Below are positions 12,447 to 23,833 of a stretch of DNA of 64,000 bases, piece by piece. Source of the stretch: Felis catus. Taxonomy: Eukaryota. Location of the stretch: contig NC_058368.1 in NCBI RefSeq assembly GCF_018350175.1, positions 215,576,001 to 215,640,000 on the forward strand, in the 5' to 3' direction. A program made the translations under genes and the position numbers. How positions within the stretch are numbered: the stretch's first letter is position 1; each line of letters starts with the position of its first letter. Under the pieces are notes generated by a model that worked only from the letters and a program-made list of their open reading frames with translations, ran no database searches and was not told where the DNA came from.

Positions 12447-12659
12447 TACAATCTTTGTTTTAAAGTCTGTTTTGTCTGATATAAGTATTGTTATCCTAGC
12501 TTTTCTTTTTTTCACTTCCATTTGCATGGCAAATGTTTTATTCATCTTTTTACTTTCAATCTGTATATGACTTCAGGTCTGAGGTGAGTATCCAGTAGGC
12601 AGCATACAGATAGGTCTTATTTTTTTAATCCATTCTGCCACCAATAGGTGGAATTTTTA

Positions 12660-14055
12660 AAGCTAGAATGGTAAAACTGTCACTTAATGCAGTGATGCCC
12701 ATGGAAAGGAATATAGAGCTAAAAAACAGATGTACTCTGCAGATGGTATGTGTTATATACAACATATTGCATATTGTAAATCAGTAGGCAAAAACAGAAC
12801 TTTTGATAAACCATCATAGGATAATTGGTTATCCATATGGCAAACAAATATAGTTAAATATCCATCTCACATTAAATATATTTTTCTTTAAATACTTGAA
12901 TATGAGCAGCAAAATAATTTAGACAGTTTATAATATGTTAAGAATTATTTAAACGGATCAAAAATAATTGTAAGACTAACAACCAATGGAAAGAAATGCC
13001 AATAGCTAATAAATGTGACAACTCATTAGTATACAGCATATATAATTTATAGAAGCTCATAAACAATAATTCAAAATCCATTTGAAGAATGAGTGAAGAG
13101 TATCTTTTGAATGTAAATTACATAATCAGAAAACCTAACAGCTACTTGAACATATGGAAACAGGAAAACTTGTTAAGTCAAGTTTAAAAGTAACCATGTC
13201 ATATCTACTACCAAATAGAGAGTAGTATCCTACTACCCCAACAGTTTGTCCAATACAAAATATTGACACAGAAGTAAAGAAACCAGGGGTACTCAAAAAT
13301 CACCTACATTTTGGAGAACGATTTGGTAACAGAGCTTATTTAAATATGTACAGGCCCCACAACAGAACAATGGCAGTGATAAGCAGGTAGTAAAACATGC
13401 AAATGAAACTAAAGAACCATATACAATGAAATTATTCAGTTATATGTTTAAAGCAATGGTCATAACTTAAAGCATATCTTTGTAGAGAAGTAAATCAGAA
13501 TATACTCATAAAAATAGTATATACACATCTTAACTTTATAATGCCAAAAAGAAACCACATTCCAGAATTATGTCAACAATATATTTGTTATTCATGTGAC
13601 TTTTATAAGTGGAAACTTTTAAAATATTTTAATATACATATTTCATATATGACTTTATTAAGTTCATATTTTATGTGTGTGTGTATATATGTGTGTGTGT
13701 ATATATATATATACATGTATATATGTATATATATGTATATATGTATATATGTATATATGTATATATGTATATACACATAGTAATAATAAAATATAAATTA
13801 TCTGGATGGATCCCCAACAAGATGAGAAATGTAAATTTATGGGAATGAAGGAACTATAGAAGAGTACTTAGCATCTAAAATCTATAGGAGTAAAAGTAAC
13901 TATAATTACTATTTTTTTCTTTCTTTTTCATTGCAGGCACATAAATGCTAATAATTTTTAAAATTCCATTGTTGGTAAATATGTGCTTGACATTTACCAA
14001 CCATGCATTAGTACTTTTTGGGATATTTCATTATTTTATAACATTGTAATAAAAA
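12660..14055 (+). mobile_element. Ancient L1ME-like ORF2 end and 3' UTR
   Basis: Degenerate motifs ggataattggttatccatatgg, ttttggagaacgatttggtaac, followed by 3' UTR-like sequence. Confidence 0.55.
13674..13778. repeat. Compound (TG)/(TA)/(TATATG) microsatellite
   Basis: Direct reading. Confidence 0.95.
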
Positions 14056-14554
14056 TGCATAGACATAGATTTTATAGGGAGAGTTCCATGAGGTCCAATG
14101 TAAGGAGGGGGTGTATTTTTTTGAAATAAATTACTTAGAGCTTGACTTGCAAGTTGTTAACTGCAAGCTGTTAACTGTTGGACAAGAGAGTTTAATATAA
14201 CATAAACTAAGAATCATCATGTTATTTCCTTCTAAACTTTCAAATGTTTCAACCTAAAACTTGGCACTGAAGTCCTAATGAGTAACAATCATTAAATTTA
14301 GCATATAAATACACAACTTTTCTATATGACAGAGTAGATAAGCTTCATTCTTTCAGAATTCTTCCTTAGGATGGATATTACTGGAGGTGTATGTTGGTGT
14401 TATGGCCCTATTGGGTAATTACTTTGCCTCTGTTTCATTAGTTAGATAGGTGTCAAAGGGTCAGTTACTGGCATAATTGGGTCTCAAAGCAATGTTTGCT
14501 TTATGTATGTCCTAGTGGTTACAATCTCCAAATTTTGTTTTAATGCCAGCTCAG

Positions 14555-14715
14555 ACTTTAATGTCTCTGTTCCAACTTTTCCTATTTGCAAAATGGGAAT
14601 ATTATAGTAGCATATTTATAGGATTACTTGGGGGGGTTGGGGGGATTAAAGGCATGCAAATGAATTAACACAGGTAAAATTCTTCATAGAAGTATCTGGC
14701 ATGCTCAATAAAAAT
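14555..14715 (+). mobile_element. MIR fragment
   Basis: tttcctatttgcaaaatgggaatattatagtagc..ataggattac..aaatgaattaa..ctggcatgctcaataaa. Confidence 0.65.
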
Positions 14716-15464
14716 AGTAAAAAAGTAATTACATTTGTGAGATGTATCTCAGTCATTCTGTATTGGTCTTTAACTTTGCTTTCTCATGACTAAAGAAAAG
14801 CAAGGTTTTCGCTATAGCATCATCTTTTGCTTTGTCACATTACAATTATAAGTAGAGCTTATCCTTCTCTTTGGTTGAAGTTTCAGTCTTTCTTGGAAAT
14901 AAATATGACAATGATAAAACACAACAATTTATCTGGGCAAGTGATCTCTAATGTATTATTTTCTCAACTTAAACCTACTGCAAATTTGAATTCTCATTAA
15001 TATGATCTGTGCTTTTCTATCTTGAAGGTCAAGCAAACGTCATATTATTTTTAAGAATGTCTTTAATATAGTATTGACAGCAGCCTTTTTTCTTCACTTG
15101 CCCTGAATGATGTCACTTCAGAAATCTGTTAACTTTAAACAATTGCATAGGAGGCATTTCAGGGAGGAAGACACATAGCAAAATTGTGGAGGAAAAACAG
15201 ATTTAGGTACTTTCTGCTTTTCTCAATACTGGAGTAGCCTATAACAGATTAATTCATCCACTGGGGGGGTGGGGGGCAGAAACAATAGGAAGTTGGTAAA
15301 TTAAAATGATATTATTTGTGGGCATCAGAGAGGCACAAAGCTAGGCTGGATTTGATGGACTAAATCCTAGAAGAAGGAAATGCCTCAGTTGAAGCCTGAT
15401 ATTCTCTACCACTGTTCCACGTAGGTAATTTGCCAATTCACAAGCCAAATAATCAAAGCACAAC

Positions 15465-15750
15465 AACATAGACTCATCTCACCACCCTAGACAACAAAAT
15501 GCTGAACAAAAGAAGCTAGACACACAAAAAAAACACATGATAATACTTATGTAAATTTAAAATTATATTGTTAGAAAGAATAGTAAGTATTTTAAAGAGA
15601 ATGAGGTTTATATCATGGGAGGGTTTAAGTGAGGGCAATCTTACATACTGGTTATGATCTATTTCTTCATCTACTGATGGCTAGATGAGTGTCCTTCCTT
15701 GCCGAAAGTCACAATTTTTGAACTTCTCTGTATATCTTTATATATACTTC
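15465..15750 (+). mobile_element. Ancient L1ME 3' end fragment
   Basis: aaaatgctgaacaaaagaagctagacac...tggttatgatctatttcttcatct. Confidence 0.6.
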
Positions 15751-15968
15751 ATTTTTAAAATTTTATTTATTTTAAATGTTTATTTTTGAGAGGGAGAGGG
15801 AGAGCGAGCAGGAGAGGGGCAGAGAGAGACAAAGACACAGAATCTAAAGCAGGTTCTAGGTTCTGAGCTGTCACATAGAGCCTGACACAGTCCTCAAACT
15901 CACAAATCGCAAAATCATGACCTGAACCAAAGTCAGACACTCAACTGACTGAGCCACCCAGGTGCCCC
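15751..15968 (-). mobile_element. CAN-SINE
   Basis: T tail, GA-rich tract, gactgagccacccaggtgcccc. Confidence 0.95.
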
Positions 15969-16425
15969 TGCAATACTTTAATAAACATGTTACTAGTAAT
16001 TAAAATTTTCCATCTCTCAGTGGTTGGGAATCAAATTATTGGATTCTAACTACTGTTTGTTTCAATGCAATGACAATATGCATTTACAATCCCAATAATT
16101 ATTGGAAAAAGAAAAACTTTCTATTAAAAAAAAGAATGAACTTCATATTTTAATAGGACAATTTAAAGAGCAACTTCATTGATCCTTCTCCTCCCTTGCC
16201 CACTTGTCCACCTTCCTTCCTTCTCTCTTCTTTCAACAAATATTTGTCCATGCTGTGCCAGATGTTGTACTCAATTTCTGGGTGTACTATCTTCATTGAA
16301 TATTTTTTTTGGTGAGGAAGAGGCTCCATTTACACAATCAGGCTATAGAGAAGAAATCTACAATACAGATTCAAAATTCAGAAGAAGGTTTGTTGGATAA
16401 CCATGAAAGTAAATAAAGAAAGCTT

Positions 16426-16797
16426 TGTTGAAAATGGAGTTTGGAGGCCCTGAAGGGGGACTTCTCATACAGTACCACTCAGACCCCAAACAGAAGAAAG
16501 CTTACTTTGCATTCCCCAGTAGGAGGAAGGAAAGGATTTCTCCTTTCCCAACAAGAGCCCAGCCAATGAGAAACTGCCACATTCAGCCAATGAGAAGCAA
16601 TCACCACTTTGAACTCTTTAAATCAGTCCATTCTAGTTTCCTCCTTTCTTCCATAAAAGCACACACTTCTCTGTTCTATGAATTTGCCTATTGTTCACTA
16701 TAATTCGCTTGTGTCAAATTGAAATTCTCTGCTATTCCCAAATAAATTCATTTCGCTTGTAAAATATCTGGCCTTTTTATTTTTTATAAGGTGAACA
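16426..16797 (+). mobile_element. ERV1-class solo LTR (may start at TG 16391)
   Basis: TG...aggtgaaCA; aaaatggagt near 5' end; tandem CCAAT boxes, TATA-like cataaaag ~16652, AATAAA 16741; TSD not resolved. Confidence 0.75.
16560..16596 (+). promoter_or_regulatory. Two CCAAT boxes in LTR U3
   Basis: 13-bp direct repeat cagccaatgagaa at 16560-16572 and 16584-16596. Confidence 0.5.
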
Positions 16798-17438
16798 TAA
16801 GAGACTATAATATTGAATAACTCAAGAGAAAAAATAGAAAGAGGAAGCAACTATTTGATTGAAAGGATAGATATTTTCAGTAGAGTGATTGGGAAAATGG
16901 AGAAGATTGGCTAGGAAATGAAATGGGAGGTGAGGCAATCATAACCTGTACAGAGACAATGTGTTCAGGAAATAAGATTTGAGCTAAAGTTGTGTGTATC
17001 GTACTATGGTTTAGATTTTGTGATTACTTGTCTTTAAAGTCAATGGAATATGTACACATGTTAATAGAAATAGTATGGAACAAAAATTTGACAATACTAA
17101 AGGAAAGAAAGATTGGGTAAACAAGTACATAAATGAGATGGAATGGGATACAAAACCAGGGAGCAGAAGGTGAGAAGCGGTCAGGATGTTCTTTGGGTAG
17201 GAATACTCTTTGCCCCCCTCCCCCTCCCATTCAATAAATCAGGAAAAAGAAACAGTAAGAGTGTATGGTGGAGGGACAGGGTAGGAAATTGAGATATTGT
17301 CTGTTTTTGAGGTCTTTTTAGTTTTTGTGATACATTAGAAAAAACTAAACAGTAAAGGTGTTTACATTGTTTATAGAAATGTGTATCTTAAAATTATGCA
17401 GTTTTCTTGATTTAAATTTTACATCAATCTTGCCTTTA

Positions 17439-17632
17439 GGGGCACCTGGGTGACTTAGTAGGTTAAGGGACTGACTCTTGATTTGGGCTCCAATCATGAT
17501 CTCACAGTTCAGTTCCTGGGATTAAACCCCAGATCAGGCTCTGTGCTGACAGCATGGAACCTGCTTGGGATTCTCTCTATCCCTCTCAATCTGCTCCTCC
17601 CCCACTTGTGCTTGCTCCTCTCTCTCTCAAAA
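17439..17632 (+). mobile_element. CAN-SINE lacking most of its tail
   Basis: ggggcacctgggtgacttag...ctctctctcaaaa, followed directly by L1. Confidence 0.93.
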
Positions 17633-18695
17633 CGTGAGAAAGTATCTTTGCATACCAATTATCAGGTAAGGGATTATTATCCAACATATATAAAGAACTC
17701 AAACATGTCAATGACAAAACAAAATAATTAAAAAATAGAGGAATTAAATGAATATTATTCCAAAGAATACATCCAAACGGCCAATGTGTACATGAGAAAA
17801 TGCCCAACATCACTAATTATCAGGGAAATTTACACCAAAACCAGAATGAGCTATCACCTAACACCAGTTAGAATGGCTATCATCAAGAAGACAAGAAATA
17901 ACAACTGTTGGCAAGGATGTGAAGAAAAAGGAACCTATGTTCACTGTTGGTAGAAATAAAAATTGGTACAATCATTATAGAAAATAGTATGGAGGTTTCT
18001 CAAAAATTAAAAATGGAAATACTCTATGACTCAGTAATTCTACTTGGTATTTACCCAAAGAACACAAAAACAATAATTTGAAATGATGTATGCACCACTA
18101 TGTTTACTGCAGTATTATTTATAATAGTTAAGATATGGAAGCAACCCAAGTATTCATCAACAGGTGAATAAATAAAGAAGATGTAATGTAAATATATACA
18201 TATATATTTAATATGATAATCAATATATTCAATTGGATATTTCTCATTCATAAAACAGAATGATATCATATCATTTATGGTGGTATGGATGGACCTAGAG
18301 GGTTTGCCAAATAAAATAAGCCAGAGGAAAACAAATATCACATGATTTCACATATGTATGGATCTGAAAAGCAACAAAACAAAAGAACAAACAAAACAGA
18401 CATAAACTCATAGATACAGAGAACAATCTTCAGTTGCTAGAGGGAAGGGGAGTAAAAGGATAGATAAAATAAAAGAAGGGGATTAAAAGGTACAAACTTT
18501 CAGTTATAAAATAAATAAGACATGGTGATGCCATGTACAGCACAGGGAATATAATTAATAATATTTGGCAATTTTGTATGGTGACACATAGTGCTAAACT
18601 TCTGTGGTTTATCACTTCCTAATGTATATAAATAATCACTGTTTTACACCTAAAACTATGCATGTCAAGCACAATTCAATTTAAAAAATAAATAA
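17633..18695 (+). mobile_element. L1 3' portion (L1MA9/older carnivore type)
   Basis: ORF2 C-terminal motifs (ctatcacctaacaccagttagaatggctatcatcaa); 3' UTR ggtacaaactttcagttataaaataaataag; A-rich end. Confidence 0.9.
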
Positions 18696-19624
18696 CCATA
18701 ATACCTGTTTAGTCAGAAAAGCACATTGCCAAAAATAAGGAAACTTTTTTGACAGGTAAGTATTTAACTATACACTCTTACAGAAAGCATTTCAACCTTT
18801 ACTGAACACAACAGCAATGTTTGCTGAAACTCATTTTCCTCTATTCCCATTTTTCATTTACCAATGCCATTTTCGTAAGTAGCTTAGGAAGATGGAAGAT
18901 TATATTCCATATATTTACTAGTAAATAATTCTATGCAATAAGAAAAAAATAACATGTAATGTGTCACAGTATTGTTGCTGGAGTTCTCAAGATTTAAATG
19001 GGATCATAATCCATGGAGTCCAATGTAAAATTAACATCTTTATATGTTATATAGCCATCTAGCTTACTGCCTGGGTATTTACTCACACATACATATTTGT
19101 GTCTGTTTCTGTGTGTGTACATGAGATTTTGTGTTTCTATGTATGTGGTATATGCATGATGTTATATATACACAAAAACACATAATGAATACACTCCATG
19201 TATTTAAAAATCAAGACATGTATATTTATTTATAAATTATACATGTATTCCAGTGGTACCATATTCATTGCTAATGATGGTTAAATTTCCTTCTAAATAA
19301 TTATCACTTGATAGAAGCAAAATATGTTTCTGTATTAACAAAAATAGAGGGAGCCCCTGATTTACAAACCCATCTCAACATTCATAATTCATTGGCTTGC
19401 ACCATTTAAAAAATGGCATGACTATGAAATCAGACTAGATATGTTTTATAATTCTTGAAAAAATACCTAACTGTGATGAACTAAAATAATTTCCTAACTA
19501 GAAGATAATAATCCAAAGAATCTTGGCTACCGATGGTTTCACAGATTTCTTGAATACTACTTAAAATATCAGAAACACTTAGATGACGTTTTCACAAACT
19601 ACAGAACTTCTATTTTTCTTCTAA

Positions 19625-19681
19625 GTTTTTAATTGGCTTATTTTGAGAAAGTGAGCACAAGTAGGGGGAGAGAGGGAGAGT

Positions 19682-19727
<46 letters not shown>

Positions 19728-19866
19728 CCATGGGGGAAGGGTAGAGAGAGAATCCCAGTCAGGCTCTGTGCTGATAACAAGAGGGCTCAAACTCACAAAC
19801 TGAGATCATGACCTGAGTTGAAATCAAAAGTTGTATGCTTAACTGACTGAGCCACCCAGGTGTCCC
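19625..19866 (-). mobile_element. CAN-SINE
   Basis: (GA)n and gactgagccacccaggtgtccc. Confidence 0.93.
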
Positions 19867-20145
19867 ATACATACATATATATCTTATAGATGTATATATG
19901 TTTATAGATATATCTACATTAAAATAAACATAAAACATATATACCTGCATTTATATTACTATATAGTATATGACACTGCTAAAGATAAAAGTTAAGTATT
20001 TTCTAGATTCAGCTCTGATTATTCCTGTATATAACAAAAACACTGGCCATTTAAATATGTAAATAACTATTATATAAAAGTAAATATTCATAAATAAAAT
20101 TTAAATATGTGTTCTGAATAATTTCAAACTTTAGAATGTGTTAAT

Positions 20146-20358
20146 TTCTTTTTGAATTCTATTTATTTTTCAGAGAGAGAGAGAGACAGCGTGTGAGCAG
20201 GAGAAGAGCAGAGACAGAGGGAGACACAGAATCTGAAACAGGCTCCAGGCTCCGAGCTGGCAGCACAGAGCTCCACACAGGGCTCAAACTCAAGGACTGC
20301 AAGATCATGACCTAAGCAGAAGTTGGTCGCTTAACCGACTGAGCCACCCAGGCGCCCC
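20146..20358 (-). mobile_element. CAN-SINE (SINEC_Fc-like)
   Basis: Perfect 14-bp TSD tagaatgtgttaat (20132-20145 / 20360-20373). Confidence 0.97.
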
Positions 20359-20384
20359 ATAGAATGTGTTAATAATTTCTGAAT

Positions 20385-20565
20385 TAGCCACCTGGGTGGC
20401 TCAATTGGTTAAATGTCAGACTCTTGATTTCAGCTCAGGTCATGATTTCATGGTCCTGTGATCAAGCTCCATATTAAGCTCCCCACTAAGGCACTGAGTG
20501 TGGAGCCTGCTTGGAATGCTCTCATTCCCTCTCTCTCTTTCTCAAAATAAAATAAACATTAAAAC
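20385..20565 (+). mobile_element. CAN-SINE (older subfamily)
   Basis: cacctgggtggctcaattggttaaatgtcagactcttgatttcagctcagg...aaaataaacattaaaa. Confidence 0.93.
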
Positions 20566-20629
20566 GATTCCCAACAATCAAGAATATAGACCATTTTGAT
20601 AAAGGTTATATGTGACCTTGAAAATCATC

Positions 20630-21035
20630 TGTATATATACCACATCTCCTTTATTCATTCGTCAGTTGATGGACTTTTGGGCTCTTCCATAATTTGGCTA
20701 CAGTTGATAATGCTTCTATAAACATCTGGGTAAATAGAGCTAGAGTCTATTATGATAATCAAAATAAGTCAGGGAAAGATAAATTCCATATGATTCCACT
20801 CATATGTGGAATTTAAGAAAGAAAACAGAGACTCCTGAGAAGAAACCGAGGGTTGCTGGAGGGGAGGTGGGCAGGGGAATGGGTTAAATGAGTGATGGTT
20901 ATTATGGAAGGCACTTGTTTTAATGATCAGTGGATGTTATATGTAAGTGATAAACACATAAACTCTACACCTAAAACCAACGTTACACTATTTGTTAACT
21001 AACCAGGATTAAAATAAAAACTTCATAACAAAAAA
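20630..21035 (+). mobile_element. 5'-inverted carnivore L1 3' end
   Basis: 20630-20731 antisense ORF2 end, then ~20734-21035 sense ORF2 end, 3' UTR and A tail. Confidence 0.85.
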
Positions 21036-21483
21036 GGAAGGCATATAAATTGAAGTTTACATTTTAATCACCTTGCCATGCAGATCAAATAACCACTTTT
21101 TTATTTCTCTTACTGTTTTCCTGACCCTAACTCAGATTCTCAGCCTTAGCTAAGAGATTTTTACTAATTACTATGAATTTACTTATGAATAATACCTTCA
21201 TCTTTGGGACTTCATTCAACAATTGTCCTTTATTTCTTTGGCTGTTTCCAATAAAATAGCACTTTTGTAATTTCTCATGCTTTTTTTGTTTTGATCAGCA
21301 GAAATGATAGCTTGTTGGAGTCTAGGACTCTCAACAGGACATTTGGTACTTATAGTACTCTTAAACCATTGCTACAGTATGTCATATCCTCATTTACCAA
21401 GTCCAATAGGCCAATATGGAGGATTTGTGTTACACTGTCTAAAATGGCACTGGGCATTACTGTCAATGCTGTCAAAGGATTTT

Positions 21484-21690
21484 TTTTTAACGTTTATTTA
21501 TTTTTGAGACAGAGAGAGATAGAGCATGAACGGGGGAGGGGCAGAGAGAGAGGGAGACACAGAATCGGAAGCAGGCTCCAGGCTCTGAGCCATCAGCCCA
21601 GAGCCCGACGCGGGGCTCGAACTCACGGAGCGCGAGATCGTGACCTGGCTGAAGTCGGACGCTTAACCGACTGCGCCACCCAGGCGCCCC
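21484..21690 (-). mobile_element. Young felid SINEC_Fc
   Basis: 16 CpGs retained; perfect 14-bp TSD tgtcaaaggatttt (21470-21483 / 21691-21704); head GGGGCGCCTGGGTGGCGCAGTCGG. Confidence 0.98.
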
Positions 21691-21809
21691 TGTCAAAGGA
21701 TTTTATGTGGAGTGGAGGCTATTGTAGCCTGGCTTGAAGAGGTATATGGACAGCACCCATATATCGTTAGAACTTTATTAGAAAAGAGTGATCTACCAAA
21801 GTTGGAGTA

Positions 21810-21962
21810 CAAAATTTTCTGGTTCTGATCCCACCAGAACTTGTCACTCAACCTTGGAAAAATAAATCACTACATTTCCTTGAACTTCAATTTCTCATTT
21901 CCCAAAGTAAGATCACACTTATCCCGGCATGAAGTTCAATGGTTTTGGGATGACTAAATAGG
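21810..21962 (+). mobile_element. MIR fragment
   Basis: accttggaaaa..atttccttgaacttcaatttctcattt. Confidence 0.5.
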
Positions 21963-22167
21963 GACCTCCTTGAATAGAGCAGTGGAGCCCCATGGCTTAC
22001 CCCCACACCACACTGGAGCATACAATCCTAGATTTTTTATGCTTGGCCTTTCTTGTAAGATTACATTTCTTATTGATATTATACTCTGCTTATGAATAGA
22101 ATATCCAATTAACATTTTCAGTTAATATTCACTGTTACACTCTCTGGAGCTAATATGAAGAAATAAT

Positions 22168-22398
22168 GGGGGGGGGGGCTCAGTGGCTCAGTCAGTTAAG
22201 CGTCTGACTTGAGCTCAGGTCATGATCTCATGGTTTCTGAGTTCGAGTCCCACGTTAGGCTCTGTGCTGACAGCTCGGAGCCTGGAGCCCGTTTCGGATT
22301 CTGTGTCTCCCTCTCTCTGCCCCATACCCACTCACACGCTCTCTTTCTCTCTCTTTCAAAGATGAATAAACATTAAAAAAAGATTTAAAAAAAGAAAA
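22168..22398 (+). mobile_element. CAN-SINE (SINEC_Fc-like) with G11 run at head
   Basis: gtggctcagtcagttaagcgtctgac...gaataaacattaaaaaa. Confidence 0.95.
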
Positions 22399-22445
22399 CA
22401 ACATATGGTTTTATAAACGAAGGGAAATTATTTTTTATTTAACTT

Positions 22446-22658
22446 AAAAAATTGTTTTAATGTTTATTTATATTTTGAGGGACAGAACGAGAGCGTGAGT
22501 GAGGGGAGGGCAGAGAAAGAGGGAGTCACAGATTCTGAAGCAGGCGTCAGGCTCTGAGCTGTCAGCACAGAGCCCAGCATGGGGCTCGAACTCACAAACC
22601 GTGAGATTGTGACCTGAGCAGAAGTCAGAGGCTTAACTGAGGAGCCTCCCAGGCATCC
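22446..22658 (-). mobile_element. CAN-SINE (SINEC_Fc-like)
   Basis: Short TSD atttaactt (22437-22445 / 22661-22669). Confidence 0.95.
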
Positions 22659-23157
22659 GAATTTAACTTTAACATTTCATTCTTACATTTTATCTTATGA
22701 AAATTTAGAAAAAATTTACAAACCTACAGATAATAAATTTCCTCAAATATCCTTTATTTTTATGTCTAAAATGGAGCTGGTCATTTAAAGTAGAATCAAT
22801 AAAAAGAGTTTTACTCAGGTCTTTAAAAATACATATAACAAATAATGCCTTCCACTGTGAATTGATATCAAATGAATACTGTAATAATTGTAATTACCGC
22901 AACACCCAGACAAAAATTTCAAAAAAAAATTGCAAATTTAGAAAAACGCTGAGTATAGTTTTCTGGTCTCTTCTTTTTTGGTTTCTGAAGATACAGCTAC
23001 AATTCTGTGAGTTAGAAATAACTTGAAATTTACCACCATGTTTTGAAACATCACCGCAACTCACCATAAAGTTTTTGACAAGCACCGTTGATGTCCAAAT
23101 GCCCTAAATCTATTGACAACAAATATTATGAGCACAGAGTAGTTATACACAAAGCAG

Positions 23158-23652
23158 TAGATCTGCTTTGACTTGTAATGTGGTTACTTCCTGATAAACT
23201 TTCTGTAAGTTGAAAATATCTGAAGTCAAAAAGGTATTTAAAAATGCATTTTATACATCTAACCTCCTGAACATCATAGCTTAGCCTACCCTACCTTTAA
23301 CCTGTTCAGAACACTTACATTTGCCCACAATTGGGCAAAATCAATTGGTACAAAGCCTATTATATAATAAAGTGTTGAACCTCTTACATAATAATTGAAC
23401 ACTGCACTAAAAGTGAAAACTAGAACAGTTGTATCGGTACAGAATAGTTTTAACTGAATCTGGTTTTTGGCCTTATGCTTATGTGGCTGGCTGGAAGCTG
23501 TGGCTTCTATCGCTGCCCAGCATCTTCAGAGAGTATTACACTATCTCTAGCCTTTAAGATCAAAATGCAAAATTCAGAGAATGGCTTCTACTGAATGCTC
23601 ATTGTCTTTACACTGTTGTAAAGGTGAAAATTTGTAACCTGGGGACCTTCTG
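23158..23652 (+). mobile_element. TcMar-Tigger non-autonomous element (MER47/Tigger5-like)
   Basis: aacatcatagcttagcctaccctacc..cagaacacttacatt..ttgggcaaaatc; ends ggggaccttctg followed by TA. Confidence 0.8.
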
Positions 23653-23808
23653 TACTGTGTAAGAAGAGATCGTATACAAAAATTGCTATCTCCAGCTTTA
23701 TTAAATATTGCAATATGATATGATCTTAGAGTGGCTTTTCTGAGTGCAGTATACAGTATAATGTATTCAGCTCTGTTAGTATATATATACATTATGGATA
23801 TAATTAGG

Positions 23809-23833
23809 GTGTGTGTGTGTGTGTGTGTGTGTG
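23809..23833. repeat. (GT)n microsatellite
   Basis: About 12 units. Confidence 0.95.

Larger units (their letters stand above)
8054..12642 (-). mobile_element. Carnivore L1, decayed ORF2 (endonuclease to C-terminus), interrupted by five SINEs
   Basis: Antisense ORF2 throughout; ORF 8766-8966 gives [29 protein letters not shown]-domain ILISDKTDFKTK near 12450-12490; many indels. Confidence 0.92.

Noticed and set aside
14148..14175. 14-bp tandem duplication tgcaagYtgttaac
   Set aside because: Ordinary local duplication with no further structure
13397..14661. Additional ATGCAAAT octamer matches
   Set aside because: They lie in decayed L1/MIR sequence, and an AT-rich 8-mer is expected several times by chance in 64 kb
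21291..21737. 148-aa ORF and the similar peptide at 56739-56933
   Set aside because: The shared peptide is the antisense translation of two young SINEC copies, not a gene family
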